The notes beneath the pieces were generated by a model, which saw only the letters and a list, made by a program, of their open reading frames with translations, was not told where the DNA came from and did not search any database. 48,992 nucleotides of DNA from Spirosomataceae bacterium (GTDB lineage Bacteria; Bacteroidota; Bacteroidia; Cytophagales; Spirosomataceae), in assembly GCA_022702045.1 (NCBI GenBank), contig JAKONH010000477.1, positions 1 to 48,992 of the forward strand, read 5' to 3'. The position numbers and the translations under genes are program-made. Each line of letters starts with the position of its first letter. Positions within the stretch are counted from its first letter, which is position 1. Positions 26,093-36,304 of this stretch are shown here, one piece after another.

Positions 26093-27535
26093 ATGCTGCA
26101 AGTCAATTGGGTACGAAACACTACCCTGGTATTACTATGCCTACTGGGCAGTGTTGGCGCGAACGTTCGTGCACAAATCATTACCAATGGCCCTGTCCGA
26201 CTGTCGGAAGCCTATGAACTGGCAAACATCATCCTGGCCCTGACCGATTACGGGAAAAGTGATCCGTACGAAGTAAATCAACGCGGGACCTATTATCAGG
26301 AGGTAAGAGCCTATTTCGATCAGTTTACCCATCATCCGCTACTGGCGCAGGTCAACTACTCGCGGGACAAATGGGAGAGCTACCTCAGTTTCAGGACAGA
26401 CGCCTATGCGTTTGCGTTCGACAGTACGAATCGGCTGGCTAGAGTGATTGATTTTCAGACAAACAAAGGCTTTACGCCATTCGATGAACAATTAAGGTTG
26501 ATCAACGACTTTGTTCGCCTGTCTAACTTTCGTCAGTTTTATCAGACGCATTTGCCTCATTATCAGCGCCTGGCAACCAACTATCTACAATCGCAGCATT
26601 ATAATGAAATGCTACAATTCCTGGAAAACGAGCTGGGAGAACGAAAGGAGCTGACCACATACGCGATCATTATATCGCCCCTGGTCGGACGTATGAATTG
26701 CCACCGGACGGTAGCTGGCGTCGGTACTGATTTCAGCACTCTGCCCGATTTTGTGATTGACGGTAAAACGAGTGATCGGGCTACGCCGGAGGAAATTGCT
26801 TCCGGCCTTCATATGCTGTTTACGGAACTCGATCATGCCTTTGTCAACCCGGTTACAGATCAATATGCTGCCCTGGTGAACGACACGTTTGCGGCCAGTC
26901 AATGGGACTTGGGCAGTGGTTACGAGAAGCATCGGCATGGTACGTTCAACGAATACATGACCTGGGCGGTGTATGACTTATTTGTGCATGGTTATTTTCC
27001 TGCTGTTGCTGATGCTGTAAGTCAGGACTGGGCGTTGCAGAACGAGACACGTGGGTTTTTCGCCAGTTCGCTATTTAATCGGGAACTGCGTCGACTGTAT
27101 GATACAAGGCAGAAGGGGCAGCAGCTCATTGATATCTACCCATTGTTTCTAAAACGGCTGGGACAGTTACAACTGACGCTGAATAGGCCACAGATTGTCG
27201 GTAGTGACGTAAAAGGCCCGGCAGGAGCCGATAGTTTAGTTACCGTTCAGATCCGGTTTTCGGAACCTATCCAGTCAACTGATACGCTTGATCTTGTGCA
27301 GGGTGTCGAACAACAGGGTAAACTGGTGAAGCAGCGGAAAATCGTAGTGTCATCAGACGCCCGCACCCTTGTCTGGACAGATAAAAACCAGACGCTACAG
27401 ATCAAACTCTCTTTGTTGACTGGTGGTGTAAACTATGCGACCTTTAACTTCCCCTGGAAAACGCGTACCGTTTTACGGAGCCGGACAGGGGTCGATATAA
27501 AACCGTATAGGTATGTCAAGCTTTCGGCTGACTGA
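26093..27535 (+). CDS. Secreted protein, DUF4932-like (zincin-like fold possible)
   Basis: Signal peptide; YELANIILAL, DFVRLSNFRQFY, TELDHAFVNP and FNEYMTWA; beta-rich C-terminus. Confidence 0.55.
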   Translation: MLQVNWVRNTTLVLLCLLGSVGANVRAQIITNGPVRLSEAYELANIILALTDYGKSDPYEVNQRGTYYQEVRAYFDQFTHHPLLAQVNYSRDKWESYLSFRTDAYAFAFDSTNRLARVIDFQTNKGFTPFDEQLRLINDFVRLSNFRQFYQTHLPHYQRLATNYLQSQHYNEMLQFLENELGERKELTTYAIIISPLVGRMNCHRTVAGVGTDFSTLPDFVIDGKTSDRATPEEIASGLHMLFTELDHAFVNPVTDQYAALVNDTFAASQWDLGSGYEKHRHGTFNEYMTWAVYDLFVHGYFPAVADAVSQDWALQNETRGFFASSLFNRELRRLYDTRQKGQQLIDIYPLFLKRLGQLQLTLNRPQIVGSDVKGPAGADSLVTVQIRFSEPIQSTDTLDLVQGVEQQGKLVKQRKIVVSSDARTLVWTDKNQTLQIKLSLLTGGVNYATFNFPWKTRTVLRSRTGVDIKPYRYVKLSAD

Positions 27536-27676
27536 ATTAACCCAGGAAGCTTCCAACGTCTGCTGAGACTGAAATAAGTGACAGTCAGCCTGATAAACCG
27601 CTCTTTCTACCAGACCAATACCGGCGCTGTCGGGGAAATTTCGTAATTTGGTCTCTTCACCTGAACCTCTTTACGT

Positions 27677-28162
27677 ATGGCAGTATTCACGCTGCAAATC
27701 AACGGCCGTAGCTACCGGACCGACGTCGATCCTAATACCCCGCTGTTGTGGGTGCTTCGCGATCATCTCGGATTGGTCGGTACCAAATACGGCTGCGGCA
27801 TCGCTCAGTGCGGAGCCTGTACGGTCCACTTCAACGGGGAAGCTACCCGTTCCTGCGCGCTGCCGGTGTCGGCCATCGGTAAAGCAACAATCACCACCAT
27901 CGAAGGCTTGTCGGCCACCGGTACACACCCTGTTCAGAAAGCCTGGGACAGCGTCGACGTGGCGCAGTGTGGCTATTGTCAGGCCGGGCAGATTATGACG
28001 GCGGCTGCGCTGCTCAAACGTAATCCGAAACCGACCATCGAGGAAATCGACACAACGATGTCGGGGAATATCTGCCGTTGTGGTACGTACCACCGCATTC
28101 GGGAAGCCATTCAGCTTGCGGCTGCAACGCCAGCGATCACTAAAACCAAAAGCAAATCATGA
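27677..28162 (+). CDS. 2Fe-2S subunit of molybdenum hydroxylase (isoquinoline 1-oxidoreductase alpha-like)
   Basis: [20 protein letters not shown] and NICRCGTY. Confidence 0.93.
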   Translation: MAVFTLQINGRSYRTDVDPNTPLLWVLRDHLGLVGTKYGCGIAQCGACTVHFNGEATRSCALPVSAIGKATITTIEGLSATGTHPVQKAWDSVDVAQCGYCQAGQIMTAAALLKRNPKPTIEEIDTTMSGNICRCGTYHRIREAIQLAAATPAITKTKSKS

Positions 28163-30315
28163 CGACTGCCAGCCGCCGAAATTTTCTGAAGGGTGCCGCA
28201 GTCGCCGGAGGTGGTTTACTGCTGGGTTTTAGCTGGTTCGACAGTGAAGCCGCCGGGGCTATCGAAGCCATTCCGGCAACGGGAGCAGCGGCTTCCAGTG
28301 TGGGCTTCAACAGTTATCTGTCCATCAATCCGCAAGGGGTTGTGACCATTCTGTCGCCGAACCCGGAAGTCGGGCAGGGAATCAAGACGGCGTTCCCGAT
28401 TATCGTTGCGGAAGAGCTGGATGCCGACTGGACGAAGGTCGTGGTCGAACAGGCGCCACTTGACACAAAGAAATTCGAACGGCAGGTAGCCGGGGGAAGT
28501 GGCTCCATTCCGCACTCGTGGACGCGGCTGCGGCAGGCAGGGGCCACGGCCCGGCAACTGCTGCTGACGGCAGCGGCCAATCGCTGGAACGTCCCCGTCG
28601 CCGACTGCTCGACCACGCCCGGCTACGTTGTGCATACGGCGACAAATCGTAAACTGAGTTACGGTGATCTGGCGACGGAAGCGGCTGCACTGCCCATCCC
28701 GACCAACGTTCCGCTCAAACGCCCGGCCGACTTCAAGCTGATTGGGCAGACGATTAAAAATGTCGACAACCCCGGTATTTTGACCGGTAAGCCGCTGTTT
28801 GGTCTCGATGTGTACCGCGACGGTATGCTGTTCGCCATGCTACAGCGACCCGCGTTCGGCTACACGCTAAAATCGGTTGATAGTGCGGCTGTGAAAGCCA
28901 TGCCCGGTATTGTCGATGTCGTAACGTTCGACAGCAATGTGGCTGTGGTTGGTAAGTCGACCTGGCAGGTGAAGAAAGCGAAGGATGCGCTGAAAATTGA
29001 ATGGACCAAAACGAATACGACCGAAAGCACGGCCGATCATAACCGCTTGTTTCGCGACATGCTCGACAGCAATACCGCGACGGTCCGCCGGAAAGATGGT
29101 GACGTCGACGCGGCTTTCAAGGGCGCGGCCAAGGTTGTTACGGCTGAATATCAGTGTCCGTTCCTGCCCCACAACCCCATGGAGCCGATGAATTTCTTCG
29201 CCCATGTCCGGCCTGACGGCGCTGAACTGATCGGTCCAACGCAAACGCCTGAACTGGCCCGGAATGAAACGGCGAAACTACTGGGATTACAGCCCGAAGC
29301 GGTGACCGTGCAACTGACCCGCATGGGGGGCGGCTTTGGCCGTCGGCTCAAGGCCGATTATGCGCTGGAAGCTGTGCAGGTATCGCGGCTGGTAAAAGCG
29401 CCGGTCAAGGTGATCTGGTCGCGTGAAGACGATATGACTGGAGGAAGCTATCGCCCCGCCGTCCGCTACCGGTTCGACGCAGCTCTCGATGCGCAGGGGA
29501 ATCTGATCGGCTACAAACTGCGGGGTGCAAGCATCAACGCGGGTAACGCTACGCGCGAAGACAACTTCCCGGCGGGGGCGGTCGATAATCTGCTTGTCGA
29601 TAGTGTCGACCATAAGTCGTCCATTACGACGGGTCCCTGGCGGGCGCCGATTACTAACTTTCTGGCGTTTGCGGAACAGGCATTTCTCGATGAAGTAGCG
29701 CAGGCTGCGGGCAAAGACCCCGTACAGTTCCGGCTCGACCTGCTCGACCGGGCCAGACAAAAACCGGTCGGTGCGATCAAATACGACGTCGACCGGATGA
29801 AGGGCGTCATTCAACTGGCAGCCGAAAAAGCAGGCTGGGGTACGAAGAAAACCGTTGCGGGGAAACCCGTCGTGCAGGGTTTCAGCGTGTACTTCTCGCA
29901 CCGGTCGTATGTCGCGCAGGTGGGCGAGGTGATCATGCAGAAAGACAAGCCCGTACTACACAAGGTGTACTCGGCCGCCGACTGTGGCGTCGTGATCAAT
30001 CAGAGCGGGGCGCGGCAGCAGGTAACGGGCTGTATCGTCGATGGGATCGGACATGCCATGTACGGCCGACTGACGTTTAAAGACGGTATTCCCGAACAGC
30101 ACAATTATGATACCTACCGTCTGATTCGTATGAATGAAATCCCGGCCGTAGAAGTCCATTTTGTCCAGAACGAAATTGACCCGACCGGACTAGGCGAGCC
30201 GTCGCTGCCACCCGCCGGAGCCGCTGTGGCCAACGCTCTTTATAAAGCGACTGGCAAGCGCGTTCGTAGTCAGCCATTTGTCGAAGATGACGCGTTCAAA
30301 GGCGTATTGTCGTAA
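28159..30315 (+). CDS. Molybdopterin-binding subunit, xanthine dehydrogenase family (isoquinoline 1-oxidoreductase beta-like), Tat signal
   Basis: [32 protein letters not shown] and GLGEP; ATGA overlap with the alpha subunit. Confidence 0.93.
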   Translation: MTTASRRNFLKGAAVAGGGLLLGFSWFDSEAAGAIEAIPATGAAASSVGFNSYLSINPQGVVTILSPNPEVGQGIKTAFPIIVAEELDADWTKVVVEQAPLDTKKFERQVAGGSGSIPHSWTRLRQAGATARQLLLTAAANRWNVPVADCSTTPGYVVHTATNRKLSYGDLATEAAALPIPTNVPLKRPADFKLIGQTIKNVDNPGILTGKPLFGLDVYRDGMLFAMLQRPAFGYTLKSVDSAAVKAMPGIVDVVTFDSNVAVVGKSTWQVKKAKDALKIEWTKTNTTESTADHNRLFRDMLDSNTATVRRKDGDVDAAFKGAAKVVTAEYQCPFLPHNPMEPMNFFAHVRPDGAELIGPTQTPELARNETAKLLGLQPEAVTVQLTRMGGGFGRRLKADYALEAVQVSRLVKAPVKVIWSREDDMTGGSYRPAVRYRFDAALDAQGNLIGYKLRGASINAGNATREDNFPAGAVDNLLVDSVDHKSSITTGPWRAPITNFLAFAEQAFLDEVAQAAGKDPVQFRLDLLDRARQKPVGAIKYDVDRMKGVIQLAAEKAGWGTKKTVAGKPVVQGFSVYFSHRSYVAQVGEVIMQKDKPVLHKVYSAADCGVVINQSGARQQVTGCIVDGIGHAMYGRLTFKDGIPEQHNYDTYRLIRMNEIPAVEVHFVQNEIDPTGLGEPSLPPAGAAVANALYKATGKRVRSQPFVEDDAFKGVLS

Positions 30316-30330
30316 GGTAAGTAGGTTATT

Positions 30331-30414
30331 TTTGTCATGCTGACGCAGGAAGCATCTTCAGGAACTCGGCAAACAGGCTATTTCCGAAGATGCTTCCTGC
30401 GTCAGCATGACAAA
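30331..30414. repeat. TGTCAT-type element with perfect 29-bp arms
   Basis: TTTGTCATGCTGACGCAGGAAGCATCTTC (30331-30359) and its exact reverse complement at 30386-30414. Confidence 0.85.
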
Positions 30415-30425
30415 GGACAGAGTTC

Positions 30426-30473
30426 AAACGAGTCAGGGCCAGCACTGCGGAAGTGCTGGCCCTGACTCGTTTT
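30426..30473. terminator. Bidirectional intrinsic terminator
   Basis: AAACGAGTCAGGGCCAGCACT-GCGGA-AGTGCTGGCCCTGACTCGTTT between convergent genes. Confidence 0.8.
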
Positions 30474-30520
30474 ACACCGATGCGGTAGCCACCGAAAACC
30501 GGCTACCGTATACCGAAACC

Positions 30521-32953
30521 CTAAAACTTATACGACAGCGTGGCCGTCAGTTGCCGGGGCGGAATCGGCATGATGCTGTAGCGGTCATGAATCAGGTAGT
30601 TCAGTTCGTTGGTGATGTTCGATAGCTTTACCAGCAACGAGACCGCACGGAAACCGTAGCCCGCCGTCAGGTCGATAGTCGTAAAACCAGTTAGCGGAAT
30701 CAGGCGGCTGAACGCAGGTGTTTGGCCGTAAGTGTTGTTGTTACCCCCGTTGCGAGCACCCGTGTAGAAAGCCGATGCCCCTAGTTTCAGACCGCGTAAT
30801 TTAGGCAGATCGAACGTGTAGAAAATGGTAGCGTTGGCTGTATGGGCGGGGCTGTTCGTCAGGCGTTCCCCTTCAATAAAGGCGCCGGCTGTCTGTGCCG
30901 TTTTCGTGTAGCGAATATAGTTATAGGCGTAGCCTGTGAGGAAGTAAAAGTTCTTCGACAAGCTGGCATTGATATCTACCTCAAACCCATCGCTCGTCGT
31001 TTGCCCGGTAAATTCCTTCACGTTCGTGTCTGTGTTGGGTGAACCGTCGGCTTTGGTCAGGGCGGTCAGGGCAAGATCACTATTTTGAATGCGGTACACG
31101 CTCGCGTTGGCCGACACCCGGCCGTTAAACAGATCGTTTTTTACGCCGATTTCATACTGATCGACAATCGACGGTTTCAATGTCGCCCCATAAATGTCGA
31201 CGCCCGTGTTAATGTTGAAGTTATTGGCGTAGCTGACGTAAGTCGACGTAGTCCGCGTGGGCTGATAGATCAGCGCGAATTTGGGGGAGACAGCCGCGTC
31301 GGTTTTGTCGATGGCCGTTCCACGCGTTTCGACGCCGGTCAGTTGATTTGAAATTGTCGTCTGAATCGTTTTCTGCGATGACCACCGTACACCCGCTAGG
31401 GCTTTGAATTTATCGCTCAACGCAATCAGATCCTGAACATACACCCCACTCCGTAGCGACGGCGCTGTTGTCCGGGCTATCACGTTAGCGTTAGGAATGT
31501 CGGTGCGCTCGGGATACAGGCTTGGATTGAGAAGGTTGAACTTGTCGTAGGTCGTTACCGTCGTGCCGTTGCTGTTGGTGATTGTAAATGAATTGCTGAT
31601 GTTCGTCACCGCCACATAATCGGCTCCGACCAATACCTGATGAGCAATCTTGCCCGTGTTAAATCGACCGGTTAGGTTTACCTGCGCCGTTGCGTTGTTT
31701 TCGGTCGTCAGCGTCCGGCTCAGGGTCCGGTTCCAGTCACCATTGGCCGCGACGTTGTTGTTGGGAACGGCTGTGCCGAAAGCGGTTACATTGGTTTGCT
31801 GTGCTGCACCGATAGCCGTCAATTTCCAGCTATCGCTGAACGAGTGATTGACGGTTACCGACCCCGATTTCTGATCGAGGTTATTATAAGCCCAGGCTAC
31901 GTTGATAAAACGCGACCGGGGAACATCCGGGATAACGGCGTCCTGATTTTGATTCAGTGAGCCTACACCAAAGTCTGGCGTCAGATTCGACTTCAGGTAG
32001 TCGCCCTGGAGCAGGATCGTGGTTTTACTGCCCAGATTGTACTGCAGCGACGGGTTAACATACACACGCTCGGTCTTCACGACATCGCGGTAACTGTTCG
32101 ATTTCTCGTAGGTACCTACTACACGAAACGCCAGGTTTTTGGCAATAGGTCCGTAAATATCGATGATGGGTTTATACAGGTTGAAACTACCGACCCGCAT
32201 CTGAACTTCACCTCCAAAGTCGAACCGGGGCTTCTTGGTGACAAGATTGATAATTAGGCCGCCCGAGACGTTACCGTACAGTAACGACGACGCGCCTTTC
32301 AGCACTTCAACCGACTCCAGCGTGCTGGCTTCGGGAAAGCCGTTTGTGTTGGAAATAACGCCGTTCTTAAAAATGTTGCCTGCGCCACCTGCAATACCAA
32401 TGCTGTAGCCACGCGCTGTAAACGTTTCGGCAACCCCGCCCCGTTGCTGCGTCAGCGATACGCCCGACACGTTACGAATGGCGTCGCCAAGCCGGGAAAT
32501 TTGCTGATTTTCGATAACGACATTACTGACGATGCCCGTCATCTGGGGCAGATCGAGTGGGGCCAGCCCTGCTTTTCCTACCTGAACAACTTTGTTTGAG
32601 CCCGTAACTTCAACTTCGTCGAGTTGCGACGCGCTTTCCTCCAGCGTAAAATTGGACGAGATTGTTTCACCCGCTGATACCGTAACGGTTTTGTCCTGTG
32701 GCTTTAGCCCGACAAACGTAATACGAAGGGTGTATGTACCCGGTGCGACGCCCCGCAGTACGAATGCGCCGTCTTCATTGGTGGTAGTGCCACGCCGGGT
32801 TTCGGCCAGACCCACGTTGACGTACGAAGCCGGCGATCCATCGTTTGTTTTAACCGTTCCGCGGATTGTACCGGTTGTTTGAGCCAGCGTAGCCGTCGTC
32901 AGTACCAGTACAAAGCAGACTATGTAGCAAGTAGTCGTAAAGAGTGCCTTCAT
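30521..32953 (-). CDS. TonB-dependent receptor, siderophore-receptor type
   Basis: Signal peptide, CarboxypepD_reg-like domain, LDEVEVTG, ESVEVLKGASSLLYG...GGLIINLVTKKP, C-terminal LSYKF. Confidence 0.93.
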   Translation of the reverse strand: MKALFTTTCYIVCFVLVLTTATLAQTTGTIRGTVKTNDGSPASYVNVGLAETRRGTTTNEDGAFVLRGVAPGTYTLRITFVGLKPQDKTVTVSAGETISSNFTLEESASQLDEVEVTGSNKVVQVGKAGLAPLDLPQMTGIVSNVVIENQQISRLGDAIRNVSGVSLTQQRGGVAETFTARGYSIGIAGGAGNIFKNGVISNTNGFPEASTLESVEVLKGASSLLYGNVSGGLIINLVTKKPRFDFGGEVQMRVGSFNLYKPIIDIYGPIAKNLAFRVVGTYEKSNSYRDVVKTERVYVNPSLQYNLGSKTTILLQGDYLKSNLTPDFGVGSLNQNQDAVIPDVPRSRFINVAWAYNNLDQKSGSVTVNHSFSDSWKLTAIGAAQQTNVTAFGTAVPNNNVAANGDWNRTLSRTLTTENNATAQVNLTGRFNTGKIAHQVLVGADYVAVTNISNSFTITNSNGTTVTTYDKFNLLNPSLYPERTDIPNANVIARTTAPSLRSGVYVQDLIALSDKFKALAGVRWSSQKTIQTTISNQLTGVETRGTAIDKTDAAVSPKFALIYQPTRTTSTYVSYANNFNINTGVDIYGATLKPSIVDQYEIGVKNDLFNGRVSANASVYRIQNSDLALTALTKADGSPNTDTNVKEFTGQTTSDGFEVDINASLSKNFYFLTGYAYNYIRYTKTAQTAGAFIEGERLTNSPAHTANATIFYTFDLPKLRGLKLGASAFYTGARNGGNNNTYGQTPAFSRLIPLTGFTTIDLTAGYGFRAVSLLVKLSNITNELNYLIHDRYSIMPIPPRQLTATLSYKF

Positions 32954-33060
32954 TTATTTAGATTAATTATAATCAATGGCAAAAGTAGCGGATGACTCAC
33001 AGCGCGCAATCTGACTATGTCCAGACAGTTGTGTTTTTAATGTAGATTTAATCTAATAAA
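32954..33060 (-). promoter_or_regulatory. Promoter with AT-rich palindromes (candidate metal-responsive repressor sites)
   Basis: Minus-strand TACTTTTG at 32987-32980; TTATTTAGATTAATTATAATCAA at 32954-32976; perfect TAGATT-T-AATCTA at 33043-33055. Confidence 0.55.
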
Positions 33061-33141
33061 ACAAATGCCCCGCGTATTGATGTTTAGTCGTCGTACAACA
33101 AAACAGACCGGTAGACAACGCCGGTCGGACATGAACAAACC

Positions 33142-33663
33142 ATGAAAAAAGTGCTGATTTTAATCGGGTTAAGTGGCAGTGGAAAATCGACGCTGGCAAG
33201 GCAACACTGCCGCGATAAAGCCGATTATCTGCGCGTCAACAGAGACGACCTCCGGCGTAGCCTGTTGTCGGTGTCGCTGAGTGAATACAACCAGACGTGG
33301 CCCGAGCACGAGCGCGACCGCGTCGAACGGATGGTCGGCGAATTGCAGACGACGACTATCTTGAAAGGGCTGCAACAGGGCTGGAATCTGGTCATCGACA
33401 ACACGAACCTGCGGTTGTCGTATATCAGTCAGTTTCGGAAGCTGCTGCTCAGTCAGCCTGAGCCGGTATCGGTTACATATCAGCTGGTCGATACGCCAGT
33501 CGAGGAGTGTATCCGGCGCGACAAATACCGCGATGATTCAGTTGGGGAGGCCGTCATCCGGCGTCAGGCTCAGCAATTAGCCGCCCTGAAAAAACAATTT
33601 GATTTCAAATGCGAAGTGTTGTCAGCAACAGACTGGGTAGAAGCGATTAGCGCTGAATGTTGA
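33142..33663 (+). CDS. P-loop kinase, AAA_33/polynucleotide kinase-like
   Basis: GLSGSGKST Walker A, NRDDLRR, VIDNTNL and lid ECIRRDKYR...VGEAVI. Confidence 0.8.
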   Translation: MKKVLILIGLSGSGKSTLARQHCRDKADYLRVNRDDLRRSLLSVSLSEYNQTWPEHERDRVERMVGELQTTTILKGLQQGWNLVIDNTNLRLSYISQFRKLLLSQPEPVSVTYQLVDTPVEECIRRDKYRDDSVGEAVIRRQAQQLAALKKQFDFKCEVLSATDWVEAISAEC

Positions 33664-33667
33664 GACA

Positions 33668-33736
33668 AACGAGAACAGACATAAGACGAAAAACGGATAT
33701 TGTAGAGCGATCTTTCGTCTTATGTCTGTTCTCGTT
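33668..33736. terminator. Perfect 24-bp inverted repeat between convergent genes
   Basis: AACGAGAACAGACATAAGACGAAA (33668-33691) and TTTCGTCTTATGTCTGTTCTCGTT (33713-33736). Confidence 0.7.
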
Positions 33737-33744
33737 CGTCCTTA

Positions 33745-36234
33745 TTAACCCATCGCCGGGTCGCTGATACTTTCCGCACCGGTTTCGACCCGACCGGCAA
33801 AGCGCTGCCCGCTCAAATTGACGACGGGGCCTGAGGACCGGATTGTAAGATCGTACCAGCCCTTATTGGCCTGCAACGGCCAGCGTATCAGCGTAGACCG
33901 ATTGCCGTTCAGGACCAGTTGCTGTTTTTCTGCACGGTACGATTCATCGTTTATCTCAATGGGCAAGGCCTGTGTCGAACTGGGATTTGTCAGGCGAATC
34001 TGTAGCTCGGGCGTCGCACTTTTGGGCACCAGCGACACAACGACTGTAGGCATTATCGCCTTCGAGTCGCCGGTAAAGTCGCGGTAAAAACCGTTCGGTC
34101 CGTATACACGAAAGGAATAGGTTCCGTCCGTAGCAAGCGGCAGCGAATCGGCCAGGTGTGTACCCGGCGTCAGGGCATAGTTGCGCACGGAATGGTCGTG
34201 CATGTTGTAGATCATAAACGGGGCTCCAGCCGCCCGTTTGCCAAACCGCTCGTTACCCGCCGACAGCGTAATGTCGAAGGTATTTGTTTTGATATTGAAT
34301 CGTCCATTGGCTGCCAGCTCGTAGGGGAGGGCGCAGGCCGGGCGCGTACCGGGTTCTTGCCGGGGTAGGATGCTGCCCGACTCCACTGGTTTACCGATAG
34401 CACTGATCTCATCGACGGTAAGCGGATGGAAGTTGCTCGGTACCTGCTTGAACTTTGCCTTGTGAACACTTTCGATGAACGGCTTCTGTGGAACGAACGC
34501 GGGTAGGGGAATCGACTCGCCGTTGTAAGGCCGAAAGACCGACGTCAGGTCGCCACAGACAGTCCGTCGCCAGGGGCTGATGTTGGTTTCGCGAACATTT
34601 TTGCCGTACTTCTGTCCGATGAAGCCTTCCAGAAACTGAAGGACGGATGTATGGTCGAACACTTCAGAATTGACATAGCCGCCCCGGCTCCAGGGGGACG
34701 CGATAACCAGCGGGACGCGGTAGCCTAGTCCGATCGCTTCTTGCCGCGCTTCTTTTTGCGGATTCTTTACTGTCCGGCTGTACTCCTGCGCCAGACTGAC
34801 GTGTTCGACGCGCGTGTCGACACCGTCGGAAGTTTTTCCGGTTTCCGGTCGGTCGGGGTGGGGTGCTACGAAGGGCGGAACATGGTCGAAATAGCCGTCG
34901 TTCTCGTCATAGGCCAGGATGAAAATCGTCTTTTTCCAGACGTCAGGGTTCTGCGTCAGAATGTCGAGCATTTCCGACAGGTACCACGCGCCATACCAGG
35001 GCGCGCCGGGATGATCGGAAAAGTTTTCCGGCGCGATCACCCACGACACTGTCGGCAACTTGCCCGACTGCACGTCGTTGCGAAACTGATGCAGTACGTC
35101 GCCTTTTGGAATTAGTACCTCCCGCTGCGTATCGCCGTCCTGATAGGTATGTTTCGTCAGGCTGCGGTAGTCCGGGTCGTTGACGTTAGTGGTGAAGGCT
35201 TTTTCGTGCAGCGCCCGCTCCCGCGCCGACAACTGATCGACCGACAGCGGTTTCTCGGCGGTTAGCGTTGCCAGCCACTGCCGTTTCTGAGCCAGCGTAC
35301 GGTCCAGCTTTTTGTAGTTCGGATTGTCGGATGATAGGCTGGCGAGTTGTTTTTCGAGCGCGCTGATCTCGCCAGGCAGCGTATCGAGCAGATGCAGACG
35401 GTACTGCTGATAGCTGGCCGAGGCCCGGACGTTATACTGCGAAAACCATTCGATTGGGTTGTCGGTGAAATTACTGAGCCACGCGTCTTCATCGCCCGAC
35501 AGGCCGCTGGGCAGGCTGATTTCGTTCTGGTAGATGCGCCACGAGATGCCGTTGTCTTCGAGCCGTTCGGGAAAGGTTGTCCAGCTGGCAGGTTTGTCGT
35601 AGTCAAGGTCTTCGTTGCGGACGCGGGCCAGCGCGTCGGCGTTTTCGCGTACGGTGCCGGTCCAGAGAAAAAGCCGGTTGGGCGTCGTACCGGTCAGCGA
35701 CGAGCAGAAATTCTGATCGCAGATGGTAAAGGCATCGGCCAGAGCGTAGTAGAACGGAATGTCGTTTCGGTCGTAGTAGCCCATAGTCAGTGGCATCTGC
35801 GCATAAGCCGGATTGCCCGATGGTTTGGCGTCGAGCCACTTATCGTAGCGGCCTCCGTTTCGGGCATCGACCTGGTTGGTCCACGAATGCGGGAGCGAAC
35901 TCATCCAGGTGGCTTTCGTATCCCGCAGGTTGAGCCGAAAGGGCGCGTAGGTCTGTCCGGCACTATTTGTTTGTAGCCAGACGGGTTTGCGGTCTGGCAG
36001 CGTGATGGCGCGTGGGTCGTTGAAGCCGCGAACGCCCCGCAGCATACCGTAGCAATGGTCGAACGACCGGTTTTCCTGCATTAGAACGACCACGTGTTCC
36101 GCATCGAGGTACGTACTGCCGGGTTTTGGTGCAATGGCCAGCGCCCGCTGAATGGATGCGGGCAGACCATTGGTGAAGCCTGCACTACCGGCTAGTAAAG
36201 CCGCTTTTTTTAGAAAATCCCGCCGTGTGTCCAT
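33745..36234 (-). CDS. Phospholipase C, phosphocholine-specific family, Tat-exported
   Basis: Start ATG 36234 giving MDTRRDFLKK; MQENRSFDH, GTTPNR, YDENDGYFDHVPP, GYRVP and FDHTS. Confidence 0.93.
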   Translation of the reverse strand: MDTRRDFLKKAALLAGSAGFTNGLPASIQRALAIAPKPGSTYLDAEHVVVLMQENRSFDHCYGMLRGVRGFNDPRAITLPDRKPVWLQTNSAGQTYAPFRLNLRDTKATWMSSLPHSWTNQVDARNGGRYDKWLDAKPSGNPAYAQMPLTMGYYDRNDIPFYYALADAFTICDQNFCSSLTGTTPNRLFLWTGTVRENADALARVRNEDLDYDKPASWTTFPERLEDNGISWRIYQNEISLPSGLSGDEDAWLSNFTDNPIEWFSQYNVRASASYQQYRLHLLDTLPGEISALEKQLASLSSDNPNYKKLDRTLAQKRQWLATLTAEKPLSVDQLSARERALHEKAFTTNVNDPDYRSLTKHTYQDGDTQREVLIPKGDVLHQFRNDVQSGKLPTVSWVIAPENFSDHPGAPWYGAWYLSEMLDILTQNPDVWKKTIFILAYDENDGYFDHVPPFVAPHPDRPETGKTSDGVDTRVEHVSLAQEYSRTVKNPQKEARQEAIGLGYRVPLVIASPWSRGGYVNSEVFDHTSVLQFLEGFIGQKYGKNVRETNISPWRRTVCGDLTSVFRPYNGESIPLPAFVPQKPFIESVHKAKFKQVPSNFHPLTVDEISAIGKPVESGSILPRQEPGTRPACALPYELAANGRFNIKTNTFDITLSAGNERFGKRAAGAPFMIYNMHDHSVRNYALTPGTHLADSLPLATDGTYSFRVYGPNGFYRDFTGDSKAIMPTVVVSLVPKSATPELQIRLTNPSSTQALPIEINDESYRAEKQQLVLNGNRSTLIRWPLQANKGWYDLTIRSSGPVVNLSGQRFAGRVETGAESISDPAMG

Positions 36235-36304
36235 AAGTAACCTGATCTGTACAACAACGAAACTACAACCTTCCCGGTAACGAAATCGTGCTACCCGGCC
36301 AGAC

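Noticed and set aside
32960-33140. Cobalamin or TPP riboswitch before the TonB receptor
   Set aside because: The -7 element sits under 30 bp from the start codon, leaving no room for a riboswitch leader, and no B12 or THI box is seen.
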